A stretch of 33,304 bases of DNA from IMG/VR virus record IMGVR_UViG_3300027785_000073, positions 1 to 33,304 of that record. The stretch is one strand, 5' to 3'. The translations under genes were made by a program, and so were the position numbers. Each line of letters begins with the position of its first letter. Position 1 is the first letter of the stretch. Of this stretch, positions 1 through 9,458 are shown in pieces. Source of the stretch: a virus (taxonomy: Duplodnaviria > Caudoviricetes). The notes beneath the pieces were generated by a model, which saw only the letters and a list, made by a program, of their open reading frames with translations, was not told the origin of the DNA and made no database searches.

Positions 1-1067
1 TACCAAACAGATTACTAGGCAGAGGCACAGTAGAAAAAGCGTTCAATATGCAAAAGGCTATTGACGCACAGACTCGTAGCCACCTAGACTCCCTTGCGCT
101 GACTACTAGCCCCATGATTGCTATGGATGCTACTCGTTTGCCAAGAGGAATGAAGTTTGAGGTAAAGCCTGGCAAGGCAATCCTTACCAATGGCGCACCT
201 TCAGAGATTCTTTACCCCTTCAAGTTCGGAGCAACTGATCCCAACAACTTGGCTACGGCTAAAGACTTTGAGCGTATGTTGTTACAAGCAACGGGAACAT
301 TGGATTCCCAAGGCATGATTAGCAATGTTGCTAGAGATGGTGGTCAAGGCGGTATGTCTATGGCTGTTGCTTCTATCATCAAGAAGTACAAACGCACTTT
401 GGTGAACTTCCAAGAGGATTTCTTGATCCCATTCATCAAGAAGGCGGCTTTCAGGTTCATGCAGTTTGACCCAGAGCGTTATCCCTCTGTGGATATGAAC
501 TTCATACCTACTGCAACGCTTGGCATTATTGCTAGAGAGTACGAGCAACAGCAGTTCATTGGCTTGTTGCAGACTCTGGGGCCGAATACTCCTGTCTTGC
601 CTGTGATTCTGAAAGGCATTTTGGCTAATTCAAGTCTGTCTAACAGGATGGAACTGATTGCAATGTTGGATGAGATGAGTAAACCTGACCCACAAGCCCA
701 ACAAATGCAACAAATGCAACAACAATTGGCTATGCAAGCGGCTCAAGCACAGATTGCGGTCAATACTACTCAGGCAGAACAGAATCGTGCAGAGGCAACC
801 AAGTTGTCTGTTGAGGCTCAGTTAATGCCACAAGAAGTGCAAGCCAAGATGAGTGCATCTTTGACTAAGAATCTACCCAATGAGGCTGATGCCAACCAAA
901 GGGAGTTCGATAAGCGAGTCAAGATTGCTGATTTGATGCTCAAAGAGGCTGACATCAAGAATAAGAGCAAGATTGTCGAGTTACAGATGGCTGATAAGTT
1001 AAATGCTCAGTCACAAGTTAAGCAAGATTTCCTTACCAAACTTACAGATGGTCTAAAGAATGGCTAA
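1..1067 (+). CDS. Portal protein, 5'-truncated by the window edge (P22-like podovirus portal, C-terminal half)
   Basis: The frame of ORF 48..1067 is open back to base 3 ([23 protein letters not shown]...). It has a Q/A-rich C-terminal coiled-coil barrel ([15 protein letters not shown]), lies upstream of scaffold/capsid, and would follow terL if the genome is circularised. Confidence 0.85.
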   Translation, partial: PNRLLGRGTVEKAFNMQKAIDAQTRSHLDSLALTTSPMIAMDATRLPRGMKFEVKPGKAILTNGAPSEILYPFKFGATDPNNLATAKDFERMLLQATGTLDSQGMISNVARDGGQGGMSMAVASIIKKYKRTLVNFQEDFLIPFIKKAAFRFMQFDPERYPSVDMNFIPTATLGIIAREYEQQQFIGLLQTLGPNTPVLPVILKGILANSSLSNRMELIAMLDEMSKPDPQAQQMQQMQQQLAMQAAQAQIAVNTTQAEQNRAEATKLSVEAQLMPQEVQAKMSASLTKNLPNEADANQREFDKRVKIADLMLKEADIKNKSKIVELQMADKLNAQSQVKQDFLTKLTDGLKNG

Positions 1068-3771
1068 TATCAAGGAACTTATCCAAAGCATTGAGTCAAC
1101 AGACTCGTCTTTTGATGAAAAGTTAGAAGCCATCAATAAGATGGAAGAAACCTTGGTGGCTTTGCGCCAGCAAGAGGAAACTGCCGTTCAAGACAATGTA
1201 GACCTAATAGTTGAAGCCATCAAAGTGATGGAAAACAAGGTTACTGCACAACTAGAGGTTGCCAAGTCGATTGTTCCTGAGAAGGGTGACAAGGGTGACA
1301 AGGGTGACAAGGGTGCAGATGGTCGCCAAGGCATAGATGGCAAGAATGGGCAAAATGGAGTAGACGGAAAAGACGGGATAGACGGTAAAGATGGTGTTTC
1401 TGTCTCAAATGCTCAGATTGATTTTGATGGCTCGTTAGTTATTACCCTGTCTACTGGTCAAGAGATCAATGTGGGTGAAGTGGTTGCTCCTGACTTAGCA
1501 GAGAAGATCAAAGTCATTAGCACCATGTCCACCAATGGGGCGGTTGCTATCCTAGACGAAGGCACAAGCATCACAAGTGGTGTTAAGAAAATCAATTTTG
1601 TTGGTGCGACTGTTACTGCTACCAATTCTGGGGACGATGTAACTGTCAATGTTAGCGCAGGAACAGGAACTGTAACAAGCGTTGCTTTATCAGGTGGTAC
1701 AACAGGATTGACTGTTACTGGTAGCCCAATTACAACAACTGGCACTATCACTTTGGCTGGTACTCTTGATGTTGACAATGGCGGCACAGGACAAACAAGT
1801 TATACAGATGGTCAATTACTGATTGGAAATACAACAGGTAATACATTAACAAAGACAACATTAACTGCTGGCTCTGGTATAGCAATTACAAATGGTGGTG
1901 GTTCAATAAGTATTGCCGCAACAAATAGCGGAACAGTTACTGCTGTTACAGGAACTTCTCCAGTAGTGTCTAGTGGAGGAGCGACCCCTGCAATTAGCCT
2001 AGCATCTGGATATGGTGATACTCAGAACCCTTACGCAAGTAAGACTGCTAACTTTGTTTTAGGCGCACCTAATGGGGTTTCTGGAGTACCAACATTTAGA
2101 GCAGTTGTTGCGGCAGACATTCCTACATTGAATCAAAACACAACAGGAAGCGCCGAAACTCTAACAAATACACGCACATTGTGGGGTCAAAACTTTAACG
2201 GCTCTGCAAATGTATCGGGTTCTTTATCTAGTGTGACCACACTATCTTTGACAGGTGCTGTTACATCAACATCAACTTCGCCAATAAGTTTTCAGGGAAA
2301 TTCTAATACTGGTACATATAACCAAACAGTTGTTTATAGTAATCAAAATAATACAACCTTAACTAACACAAATGGAATTTTTATTGAAAGAGGTAGACTT
2401 TCAGATTCTCCATCAGCCGAAGTTAGATATTTTGTAATAGGCGCTAGAGGTGGGCAAGTTCAATTTAGTGTTGATGGCACAGGAGATACAGTAGCGGCTG
2501 GTACTATGACTGCTACTACTTTTAATGGTAGTGCCGCAGGATTAACTTCATTTCCAACTTTAAACCAAAATACTACTGGTACAGCATCTAATGTGACAGG
2601 GATTGTTGCGGTTGCTAATGGTGGAACAGGTACAGCAACACCTAGTTTAGTGGCTGGCACAAACATTACAAGTATCACAGGCACTTGGCCTAATCAAACA
2701 ATTAACGCAAGTGGCGGTTCTGGCACAGTAACAAGTGTTGCCGCTACTGCTGGAACAGGCATCAGTATTACTGGTAGTCCAATTACTACATCTGGTACTT
2801 TAAATATTACCAATACTGCACCAGATCAGACGGTAGTATTGACTGCAAGTACGGGCATTAGTACATCAGGAACCTATCCTAACTTCACAATCACCAATAG
2901 CGCACCTGACCAAACAGTTGCCTTAACTGCGGGAACAGGAATTAGCACAAGTGGCACGTATCCTAACTTTACAATTACCAATTCTGCACCAGATCAGACT
3001 GTTTCTTTAACAGGTGCGGGTACGACTAGTATTACTGGAACATATCCTAACTTTACGATTACTTCCAATGATTCGACAACTGGTACTGTAACAAGCGTTG
3101 CGGCACTTACATTAGGCACAACAGGGACTGATTTAGGTTCTACTGTGGCTAATGGAACTACAACTCCAGTAATCACTTTAAATGTACCTACCGCATCTGC
3201 AACTAATCGTGGCGCATTAAGTTCTGCTGATTGGACTACGTTTAACAACAAAGGTAGCGGAACTGTTACAAGTGTTGGTGGAACAGGAACAGTCAACGGA
3301 ATCACATTAACAGGCACAGTTACAACAAGTGGTAATTTAACTCTTGGTGGCACGTTATCAAATGTTGATCTTGCAACACAAGTAACTGGTAATTTGCCTG
3401 TAACCAACTTAAATAGCGGTACATCAGCATCAGCATCTACTTTTTGGCGTGGTGATGGTTCGTGGGCAACACCTAGTGGCGGTGGAAGTGGAACTGTAAC
3501 TAGCGTAGCGGCAACTGTCCCATCATTCTTGTCTGTTACTGGTTCACCAATAACGACAAGTGGCACATTGGCAATTGCTCTTGCGTCTACCCCTACTAAT
3601 GGTCAGTTATTGATTGGCAATGGTACAGATTTTTCTTATGCCACTTTGACTGCTGGTAGCAACATCACAATTACAAATTCAGCAGGCGGTATCACTATCG
3701 CCTCATCTGGTGGTGGCGGTACTTCATCACCAATTCCTAAACTGCAATCTTGGTCAATCGGAGGCTTTTAA
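1060..3771 (+). CDS. Long virion fibre protein (N-terminal coiled coil, collagen G-X-Y segment, T/G-rich repeat shaft), 903 aa
   Basis: 13 G-X-Y triplets, about six GTVT(S/A)V fibre motifs, xxGGTG motifs and 28-aa internal repeats. Start overlaps the end of the portal gene. Confidence 0.75.
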   Translation: MANIKELIQSIESTDSSFDEKLEAINKMEETLVALRQQEETAVQDNVDLIVEAIKVMENKVTAQLEVAKSIVPEKGDKGDKGDKGADGRQGIDGKNGQNGVDGKDGIDGKDGVSVSNAQIDFDGSLVITLSTGQEINVGEVVAPDLAEKIKVISTMSTNGAVAILDEGTSITSGVKKINFVGATVTATNSGDDVTVNVSAGTGTVTSVALSGGTTGLTVTGSPITTTGTITLAGTLDVDNGGTGQTSYTDGQLLIGNTTGNTLTKTTLTAGSGIAITNGGGSISIAATNSGTVTAVTGTSPVVSSGGATPAISLASGYGDTQNPYASKTANFVLGAPNGVSGVPTFRAVVAADIPTLNQNTTGSAETLTNTRTLWGQNFNGSANVSGSLSSVTTLSLTGAVTSTSTSPISFQGNSNTGTYNQTVVYSNQNNTTLTNTNGIFIERGRLSDSPSAEVRYFVIGARGGQVQFSVDGTGDTVAAGTMTATTFNGSAAGLTSFPTLNQNTTGTASNVTGIVAVANGGTGTATPSLVAGTNITSITGTWPNQTINASGGSGTVTSVAATAGTGISITGSPITTSGTLNITNTAPDQTVVLTASTGISTSGTYPNFTITNSAPDQTVALTAGTGISTSGTYPNFTITNSAPDQTVSLTGAGTTSITGTYPNFTITSNDSTTGTVTSVAALTLGTTGTDLGSTVANGTTTPVITLNVPTASATNRGALSSADWTTFNNKGSGTVTSVGGTGTVNGITLTGTVTTSGNLTLGGTLSNVDLATQVTGNLPVTNLNSGTSASASTFWRGDGSWATPSGGGSGTVTSVAATVPSFLSVTGSPITTSGTLAIALASTPTNGQLLIGNGTDFSYATLTAGSNITITNSAGGITIASSGGGGTSSPIPKLQSWSIGGF
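1285..1401 (+). repeat. Collagen-like G-X-Y repeat (13 triplets), including tandem 9-nt AAGGGTGAC x3
   Basis: [39 protein letters not shown] read directly from the translation. Confidence 0.95.
2812..3063 (+). repeat. Three tandem 84-nt (28-aa) repeats within the fibre gene
   Basis: Unit N(T/S)APDQTVxLTxxxxxSx(S/T)GTYPNFTIT. Pro codons at 2821, 2905 and 2989 give an 84-nt period; copies are diverged at synonymous sites. Confidence 0.95.
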
Positions 3772-4215
3772 ATGGCACAAAATACAAACCCAATCTTTCC
3801 ACTAACGCCAGTAAATAGTTGGGTAAGTGGTGCGGCGGCTACATCGGGTACTCCTGGCCTTACCGCTAACACAACCAAAGATTTAAGTAGCGGAACAAAT
3901 TACGGACCAATATTTACAGGCAAAGCAGTAGATGGTTCAAGGATTGATTTTATAAAAGCAAGACCATTGGGAACAAACGTAGCCACAGTTATTCGTATAT
4001 GGATAAATAATGGTTCTGCTACTACTACTGCGGCTAATAATGCTTTGTATCTTGAAAGAACTTTATCAGCAACAACAGTATCTGAGATTGCTGAACTGCC
4101 AGATGTTATTTTGCCATTAAACATTAGTTTACCTGCGGGTTATCGTATTTACGCCACATTTGGAACAGTAGTAGCGGCTGGATTCCATTTAACTGCTGTT
4201 GGTGGAGATTACTAA
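3772..4215 (+). CDS. Beta-rich hypothetical virion protein, probably fibre-associated, 147 aa
   Basis: RBS GGAGG at ~3760. Directly abuts the fibre gene stop; T/G/A-rich beta-strand composition. Confidence 0.6.
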   Translation: MAQNTNPIFPLTPVNSWVSGAAATSGTPGLTANTTKDLSSGTNYGPIFTGKAVDGSRIDFIKARPLGTNVATVIRIWINNGSATTTAANNALYLERTLSATTVSEIAELPDVILPLNISLPAGYRIYATFGTVVAAGFHLTAVGGDY

Positions 4216-5444
4216 TGTTTACGGGTTTTGCATCCGAAAACACACCTGCAATACAGGTTTGGGATTTTTTTAGAGCCTATACTGGACAAACAAGTATTTC
4301 ATTAACAGATGATTGTGCGCCTATTCAATATATTAGAACAGGTAGCAATACAACTGTTATTTATTTATATCTTCCTACTGCACCAATCGAAGGAAAACAA
4401 ATAAAAATCATAAATCAACACTATGGTACTAATGCACAAATTGTGCAAATTTTTTCATCAGATACAAATGATGGTGGAACAAACAATTATATTTATACAG
4501 TAGGACAAGGACATACATTAGATCTAATTTACTCTAAAAACTTTATAAGTTTTGGAACAGGTGTTGGCTCTTTTGCAAGTGGTTGGATAACATTAAATCA
4601 ATCACCAAAAGGGGCGAGAAATTTTCAATCTGTAATATTAGGTGGTTTTAACAACAACACACAATTTAGTAGTTCTTTTATAGGTGGTGGTGTATCAAAT
4701 ACTGCGGCTAATACTGGAATGGGATTTATTGGCGGCTCTAGTAATACAGGAAATGGTGGCAGTTCTTTTGTAGGTGGCGGTTCTAGTAATACTGTAAATG
4801 GGGCTAGTTCTGCAATTATTGGTGGAAATAGTAATAGTGCAAGCGGTACTCAATCTGCGGTTATTGCTGGAAGTAGTAACACAGCAGGTGGTACATACGC
4901 TGTCGTTGTTGGGGGAGATCAAAATACAGCAAGTGGCAATTACTCCGTGGTTGCTGGTGGTGTAAGAGGAACAGCAAGGTCTATTATTGGCAAGACAGTT
5001 TTTCCAGCAAGTAATTCACCTGTTGCTTTTACTGTTGGCGCTTCTCAAACTGCATTATTAATATTGGGAAGACAAACAACAAATGCAACTGCAACAAGGC
5101 TTGCAAGTGACACATTCTCAGCAGACACAACTAACCAAGTAATTTTGCCAAACAACTCTGCCTATGTATTTCAAGGAACTTGCATTGCTAACGTAACAGG
5201 TGGCAGCACTACATCAGGCTGGAAGTTTGAAGGCGTAATTAAAAGGGGTGCAAATGCCGCATCTACTACATTGGTTGCCGCAGTCACTCCTACTGTAATA
5301 GCACAAGATGCTTTGGCGTCTACTTGGGTATTAGCAATTACCGCAGATACAACAAATGGTGGTATAGCCGTTACTGTGACAGGGGCGGCGGCAACCACTA
5401 TCAGATGGGTTAGCAGAATTGAATCAACTGAGGTAACTTTCTAA
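4215..5444 (+). CDS. Adhesin/fibre-like protein with 14-aa GG-x-x-N beta-roll repeats, 409 aa
   Basis: About 8 repeats such as SSFIGGGVSNTAAN, SSFVGGGSSNTVNG, SSAIIGGNSNSASG, resembling trimeric adhesin head repeats. TAATG stop-start coupling at both ends. Confidence 0.7.
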   Translation: MFTGFASENTPAIQVWDFFRAYTGQTSISLTDDCAPIQYIRTGSNTTVIYLYLPTAPIEGKQIKIINQHYGTNAQIVQIFSSDTNDGGTNNYIYTVGQGHTLDLIYSKNFISFGTGVGSFASGWITLNQSPKGARNFQSVILGGFNNNTQFSSSFIGGGVSNTAANTGMGFIGGSSNTGNGGSSFVGGGSSNTVNGASSAIIGGNSNSASGTQSAVIAGSSNTAGGTYAVVVGGDQNTASGNYSVVAGGVRGTARSIIGKTVFPASNSPVAFTVGASQTALLILGRQTTNATATRLASDTFSADTTNQVILPNNSAYVFQGTCIANVTGGSTTSGWKFEGVIKRGANAASTTLVAAVTPTVIAQDALASTWVLAITADTTNGGIAVTVTGAAATTIRWVSRIESTEVTF

Positions 5445-5707
5445 TGGCACTTAAAATCTCTATTTCCACAAGTAATGTTGGTGTTCCTTTTACGGAAGCA
5501 TACGCACGAATAACCAATATTCATGCAAACAAAGACCAATGCCAATATCAGGTATCTGTTTCTGCAAGTGCAGATGCTAGGCAAGCCAATGCACAAGAAG
5601 TAGCGAAACACGCCTTTTACTGTGCAACGCCAACAGGTAACTTAATGGAAAGCCTTTATGCGGATTTGAAGAATCAGGCTGGGTTTGAAGATGCCCAAGA
5701 CTGTTGA
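5444..5707 (+). CDS. Small protein, possible fibre assembly chaperone, 87 aa
   Basis: Follows the fibre gene with TAATG coupling. The C-terminus LYADLKNQAGFEDAQDC resembles small proteins that follow fibre genes (inference). Confidence 0.5.
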   Translation: MALKISISTSNVGVPFTEAYARITNIHANKDQCQYQVSVSASADARQANAQEVAKHAFYCATPTGNLMESLYADLKNQAGFEDAQDC

Positions 5708-6020
5708 TGAGCAACAAGCAGAAATCTTTATGGCATATGCCAAAAAAAGACTAAAAGACAACCTACAAAAGATTGAATCCATGACTCCTGAACTGCAAAA
5801 GTACTATGAAGCCCGCTTTGACACTATGGCAACAGAGGGTTGGAAGGATTTAATGGAAGATATTGACACAATGATAAATTCGTTGAACAATATCAGTACA
5901 ATCCCTGATGAAGCGTCTTTACACTTCAAAAAGGGTGAATTGTCAATACTCACTTGGCTGAGAACCTTGAAAGAGGTCAGCGAAAGAGCGTATGAGGAAT
6001 TGAATGAAAAGACTATTTGA
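5691..6020 (+). CDS. Hypothetical protein of the portal-scaffold interval (start uncertain: 5691 or 5781)
   Basis: Helical acidic protein ...MTPELQKYYEARFDTMATEGWKDLMED...KGELSILTWLRTL. Occupies the position of the small gene that often follows podovirus portals. Confidence 0.6.
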   Translation: MPKTVDEQQAEIFMAYAKKRLKDNLQKIESMTPELQKYYEARFDTMATEGWKDLMEDIDTMINSLNNISTIPDEASLHFKKGELSILTWLRTLKEVSERAYEELNEKTI

Positions 6021-6231
6021 TTTTGCCTGTGAAAACGGGCATAAAACTGAGAGACTTGTTGATTATGAGACAACAGGTTTTAAGTGTGAGTGCGGAGCAA
6101 CAGCCAACCGAACTCTAAGCGCACCTAACTTCAAATTGGAAGGGTGGTCTGGTTCTTTCCCGTCAGAGCATGGGAAGTTCGAGAAAAAACACCTAGATAG
6201 ACTGAAGTGGGAGCAAAGCAACAACTTGTAA
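6004..6231 (+). CDS. FmdB-like zinc-ribbon protein, 75 aa
   Basis: FDFACENGH...KCECGATANRTLSAPNFKLEG matches the Y/FxYxCxxxH...CxCG...R..S.P pattern. RBS GAGGA upstream. Confidence 0.7.
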   Translation: MKRLFDFACENGHKTERLVDYETTGFKCECGATANRTLSAPNFKLEGWSGSFPSEHGKFEKKHLDRLKWEQSNNL

Positions 6232-6284
6232 AAAGTGCAAGTTAAATGTCCTGAGAACGATAAACACGCAGGAAAAGGAAAAAT

Positions 6285-7049
6285 ATGTTGATTGATAATG
6301 AAGATGAGTCGCCAAGTGAGTTAGACGTAGTTGAAGAACAACAGCAAGAAAGACTCCCTGAAACTGAGCAACTTTCGGACGTTCCCAATTTCTATCGGGA
6401 TAAAAGTCTAGAAGATGTTATCAAGATGCATCAAGAGGCTAATAAGTTAATTGATCGTCAGGGGAAAGAAGTAGGCGAAATTCGCAAACTAGCAGATGAA
6501 CTCATAAAGCAGAACCTCAGTTCTAACAAGCAACCTATTAAAGAGGAAGCACCAGAAGTAGACTTCTTTGAGAATCCAAAAGAGGCAATTCGTCAGACTG
6601 TCGATAACCACCCCGATGTAGTAGCGGGTCGCCAAGCGGCTCACGACTTCAAAAGGATGCAGATTCAGCAAAAGTTAACGCAAGAACATCCCGACTATGG
6701 TCAGGTTGCTTCAGACCCAGACTTTGCAAATTGGGTGAAATCTTCACCTGTTCGCATAAATCTGTTTGCCAAGGCTGATGGTGAGTTTGACTACGATAGT
6801 GCAAACGAATTACTTACTACTTATAAACAGTTACGTGGCATTAAGGCAAAACAGACTAGCGATGCGGGTGAAACCCAGCGCAAGACTAACCTGAAGGCGG
6901 CGGGTGTTGATGTAGGTGGTAGTGGAGAATCAGGAAAGAGGATATACAGAAGGGCTGACCTTATTCGGCTAAAAATGGAAAATCCGAACCGATATGAAGC
7001 ATTGAGTGACGAGATCATGCAAGCGTATTCAGAAGGTCGGGTCAAATAA
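6285..7049 (+). CDS. Capsid scaffolding protein, 254 aa
   Basis: Acidic disordered N-terminus, helical/coiled-coil body and C-terminal ...EIMQAYSEGRVK. Immediately upstream of the major capsid gene; RBS AAGGAA. Confidence 0.8.
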   Translation: MLIDNEDESPSELDVVEEQQQERLPETEQLSDVPNFYRDKSLEDVIKMHQEANKLIDRQGKEVGEIRKLADELIKQNLSSNKQPIKEEAPEVDFFENPKEAIRQTVDNHPDVVAGRQAAHDFKRMQIQQKLTQEHPDYGQVASDPDFANWVKSSPVRINLFAKADGEFDYDSANELLTTYKQLRGIKAKQTSDAGETQRKTNLKAAGVDVGGSGESGKRIYRRADLIRLKMENPNRYEALSDEIMQAYSEGRVK

Positions 7050-7077
7050 TTAACTTATCGCTTTTTGGAGATTTATC

Positions 7078-8022
7078 ATGCCTTTAGGTACAAATAATGT
7101 GACAGTAACGACTGCGGCAACGTTCATTCCTGAAATTTGGAGTGACGAAATTGTTGCGGCTTATAAAAAGAACCTCGTCTTAGCAAACTTGGTTATGAAG
7201 ATGTCTTTCAAGGGCAAGAAGGGTGATGTAGTTCACGTTCCTGCTCCTACCCGTGGTTCTGCGTCTGCAAAGGCGGCTGGTTCACAAGTAACTTTGATTG
7301 CGGCAACGGAATCTGAAGTTCAGGTAGCCATTGACAAACACTATGAATATAGCCGTTTGATCGAAGACATCGTAGAAGCACAGGCTTTAAACAGTCTGCG
7401 TAACTTCTACACAGCAGACGCTGGTTACGCTTTGGCTAAACAAGTCGATACAGACTTAATTAACCTTGGACGTGAAACCAATAATGGTGCTGGTACAAAC
7501 GCCTACGCAACTGGTGCGTTTATTGGTGGTGATGGTACATCTGCTTATGTTGCCGCAAGCAACAATGAGTCAGCCTTGACCGATGCCGCTATTCGCCGCA
7601 CCATTCAGCGCTTGGATGACAACGATACTCCTATGGATGGTCGTTTCTTCATCATCCCACCCTCAAGCCGTAACACGCTAATGGGCTTGGCACGTTACAC
7701 AGAACAAGCCTTTGTTGGCGGTACTAACAATACCATCCGCACAGGTGAGATCGGTAACTTGTATGGCATCCCTGTGTTTGTCTCAAGCAATTGCGACACA
7801 GCATCAGGTTCTGCCGCCGCCCGTGTTTGTTTAATGGGACACAAAGATTCTTTGGTTCTGGTTGAGCAAATTGGTGTGCGTTCACAAGTCCAGTACAAGC
7901 AAGAGTACCTTGCTACGCTGTTCACATCTGATACGTTGTATGGCGTTCAGATTCTCCGTGATGCGGCAAGCACAGGTGCGGCTAAGTCTGCATCTATGTT
8001 CGCTCTCTTAGTTCCTGCCTAA
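7078..8022 (+). CDS. Major capsid protein (HK97 fold, P22/T7-like podovirus type), 314 aa
   Basis: FIPEIWSDEI, KGDVVHVP, GYALAKQVD, GEIGNLYGIPVFVS and DTLYGV motifs. Strong RBS GGAG; followed by a terminator. Confidence 0.92.
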   Translation: MPLGTNNVTVTTAATFIPEIWSDEIVAAYKKNLVLANLVMKMSFKGKKGDVVHVPAPTRGSASAKAAGSQVTLIAATESEVQVAIDKHYEYSRLIEDIVEAQALNSLRNFYTADAGYALAKQVDTDLINLGRETNNGAGTNAYATGAFIGGDGTSAYVAASNNESALTDAAIRRTIQRLDDNDTPMDGRFFIIPPSSRNTLMGLARYTEQAFVGGTNNTIRTGEIGNLYGIPVFVSSNCDTASGSAAARVCLMGHKDSLVLVEQIGVRSQVQYKQEYLATLFTSDTLYGVQILRDAASTGAAKSASMFALLVPA

Positions 8023-8033
8023 TTGCAGTTGCG

Positions 8034-8064
8034 CCCCTCGCCCTAGTGGTGGGGGGACTTTTTT
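8034..8064 (+). terminator. Intrinsic terminator after the major capsid gene
   Basis: Stem CCCCTCGCC / GGTGGGGGG (9 bp with two G-U pairs), loop CTAGT, then ACTTTTTT. Confidence 0.75.
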
Positions 8065-8086
8065 AACCTAATTAGGAGAAATTATT

Positions 8087-8410
8087 ATGGCAACAGCAAG
8101 TGCAGTTGTAACTCGTAGAGGCAATGACAGTTTTCGGGGTTTATTCTCTGATACTTGGTCAGTTGTTTGTACTTTAAATGCTGGCTCATTAGTTGATGGT
8201 GCTGGTGAAACAGATGATGTAACAGTTCCAGGCGTTGCCTTGGGTGACATGGTTCTTTGTGCATCTTTGGCTGTGGATTTGGTTGGTTTGACTGTGACGG
8301 GTTATGTCTCAGCCGCCAATACAGTTAAGTTCCGCATCCAAAACGAGTCAGGTTCTACAGCAGACTTGGCATCAGCCACTATGGACATTATTATTGTCCG
8401 TATGGTGTAA
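8087..8410 (+). CDS. Putative capsid decoration/cement protein, 107 aa
   Basis: Beta-rich (VTVPGVALGD...VSAANTVKFRIQN). Directly after the capsid gene, with RBS AGGAG and its own terminator. Confidence 0.6.
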   Translation: MATASAVVTRRGNDSFRGLFSDTWSVVCTLNAGSLVDGAGETDDVTVPGVALGDMVLCASLAVDLVGLTVTGYVSAANTVKFRIQNESGSTADLASATMDIIIVRMV

Positions 8411-8415
8411 GGATC

Positions 8416-8439
8416 GGGGGGCTTGCTCCCCTTTCTTTT
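8416..8439 (+). terminator. Intrinsic terminator with G(CUUG)C tetraloop
   Basis: GGGGGG-CTTG-CTCCCC followed by TTTCTTTT. Confidence 0.7.
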
Positions 8440-8449
8440 AAGGATAAAT

Positions 8450-8650
8450 ATGGCTTTGTTTCGTTGCAATAAATCTGGCAATACAGTCGAATTCAGATAT
8501 GACTTTGATATTGTCGAAATGCGTAGGCATCCAGAATACACAGAGGTTGATACTTCTGCTGTTGTGGAGGTTGAGAAGGTTGATGGAACAAGGCAGACAC
8601 TAACTTTGAAGAAACCTATGGGTAGACCCCGTAAGGAACAACTGTTATGA
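8450..8650 (+). CDS. Hypothetical protein, 66 aa, with C-terminal KKPMGRPRK motif
   Basis: ATG 8450 preceded by AAGGA, preferred over the TTG start at 8423 that lies inside the terminator. Confidence 0.7.
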   Translation: MALFRCNKSGNTVEFRYDFDIVEMRRHPEYTEVDTSAVVEVEKVDGTRQTLTLKKPMGRPRKEQLL

Positions 8651-8850
8651 GTGATATTGATGCGAGAGATTTTGGCAGAATAGAAGCCCAAGTAGAGGCT
8701 CTGCAAGTGGAAGTTCACCAATTGAGCAATGATGTTCGTGCTTTACTCGAACTAGCAAACCAGTCTAAGGGTGGCTTTTGGATGGGGATGGTCATTGCCT
8801 CTGCCTTATCTGGCGTGGTGAGTTTCTTTGCCGCAAGGTGGATCAAGTAA
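8647..8850 (+). CDS. Small coiled-coil protein with C-terminal TM helix (XhlA/holin-like architecture), 67 aa
   Basis: Heptad N-terminus, then GGFWMGMVIASALSGVVSFFAA. ATGA overlap with the upstream gene. Confidence 0.6.
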   Translation: MSDIDARDFGRIEAQVEALQVEVHQLSNDVRALLELANQSKGGFWMGMVIASALSGVVSFFAARWIK

Positions 8851-8870
8851 GTTAACCAAGGAGAAAACTT

Positions 8871-9026
8871 ATGATGTACGGAAAACCAAGCAAGATGCCT
8901 AAGAAAAATAGCAAAAAGGGTGTGCCTATTGCCATTATGGTGGCAGTTGGTAAGCCAAAAGGTCTGCCCATGCGTGGTCAGCGCACCGCTACCAACATGA
9001 TGAAGAAGTCTGGGAGAAGTAAATGA
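8871..9026 (+). CDS. Small very basic protein, 51 aa (not in the ORF track)
   Basis: MMYGKPSKMPKKNSKKGVPIAIMVAVGKPKGLPMRGQRTATNMMKKSGRSK. RBS AAGGAG; ATGA overlap with the next gene. Confidence 0.75.
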   Translation: MMYGKPSKMPKKNSKKGVPIAIMVAVGKPKGLPMRGQRTATNMMKKSGRSK

Positions 9027-9307
9027 GTTCACTATCTGGGGCAAAAACCCTTTTAAGTGCGGTAGTCGCAACTGGTGCATCTACTGCTGTGCAAGCAGAC
9101 GCAGGGCAACCTGCATTTCTGCAAGTTACAGGTATAACAACCGCTACTGTTGCTTTCCAAGGTAGTTTGGATGGAACAACCTTTGCAACGATTGGTACTG
9201 CTTTGACTGCTGATGGCATTGTTACTATTGCCAATGCACCAAAGTATTTGAGAGCCAACTGTACAGCCTACACCTCTGGAACTATTACAGCAAAGGTCTT
9301 GTACTAA
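9023..9307 (+). CDS. Small beta-sandwich hypothetical virion protein, 94 aa
   Basis: ATVAFQGSLDGTTF...YLRANCTAYTSGT pattern; translationally coupled to the upstream gene. Confidence 0.65.
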   Translation: MSSLSGAKTLLSAVVATGASTAVQADAGQPAFLQVTGITTATVAFQGSLDGTTFATIGTALTADGIVTIANAPKYLRANCTAYTSGTITAKVLY

Positions 9308-9308
9308 T

Positions 9309-9458
9309 ATGAAGAACCAGCCACACTATTTGCCTGATGGGAAACTGTACAAAGGTGAGACACATAAATCTGGGTCAACTTTAATGACTGGTGCAAAGCA
9401 TAGTGCAAGTAGTAAGGTTTTAACTCACACTCCTACCAAGAAGGCGAAGAAGAAATGA
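9309..9458 (+). CDS. Small basic protein, 49 aa (not in the ORF track)
   Basis: MKNQPHYLPDGKLYKGETHKSGSTLMTGAKHSASSKVLTHTPTKKAKKK. Fills the gap exactly; ATGA overlap downstream. Confidence 0.7.
   Translation: MKNQPHYLPDGKLYKGETHKSGSTLMTGAKHSASSKVLTHTPTKKAKKK

Noticed and set aside
1458-3566. Long antisense ORFs (1458-1787, 2460-2684, 2994-3566; likewise 12802-13335)
   Set aside because: V/P-rich mirror translations of Thr/Gly-rich fibre codons, with no RBS or operon context.
7990-8090. Programmed frameshift or read-through extending the major capsid protein (T7 10A/10B style)
   Set aside because: No slippery heptamer near the stop, a terminator follows directly, and the next gene has its own strong RBS.
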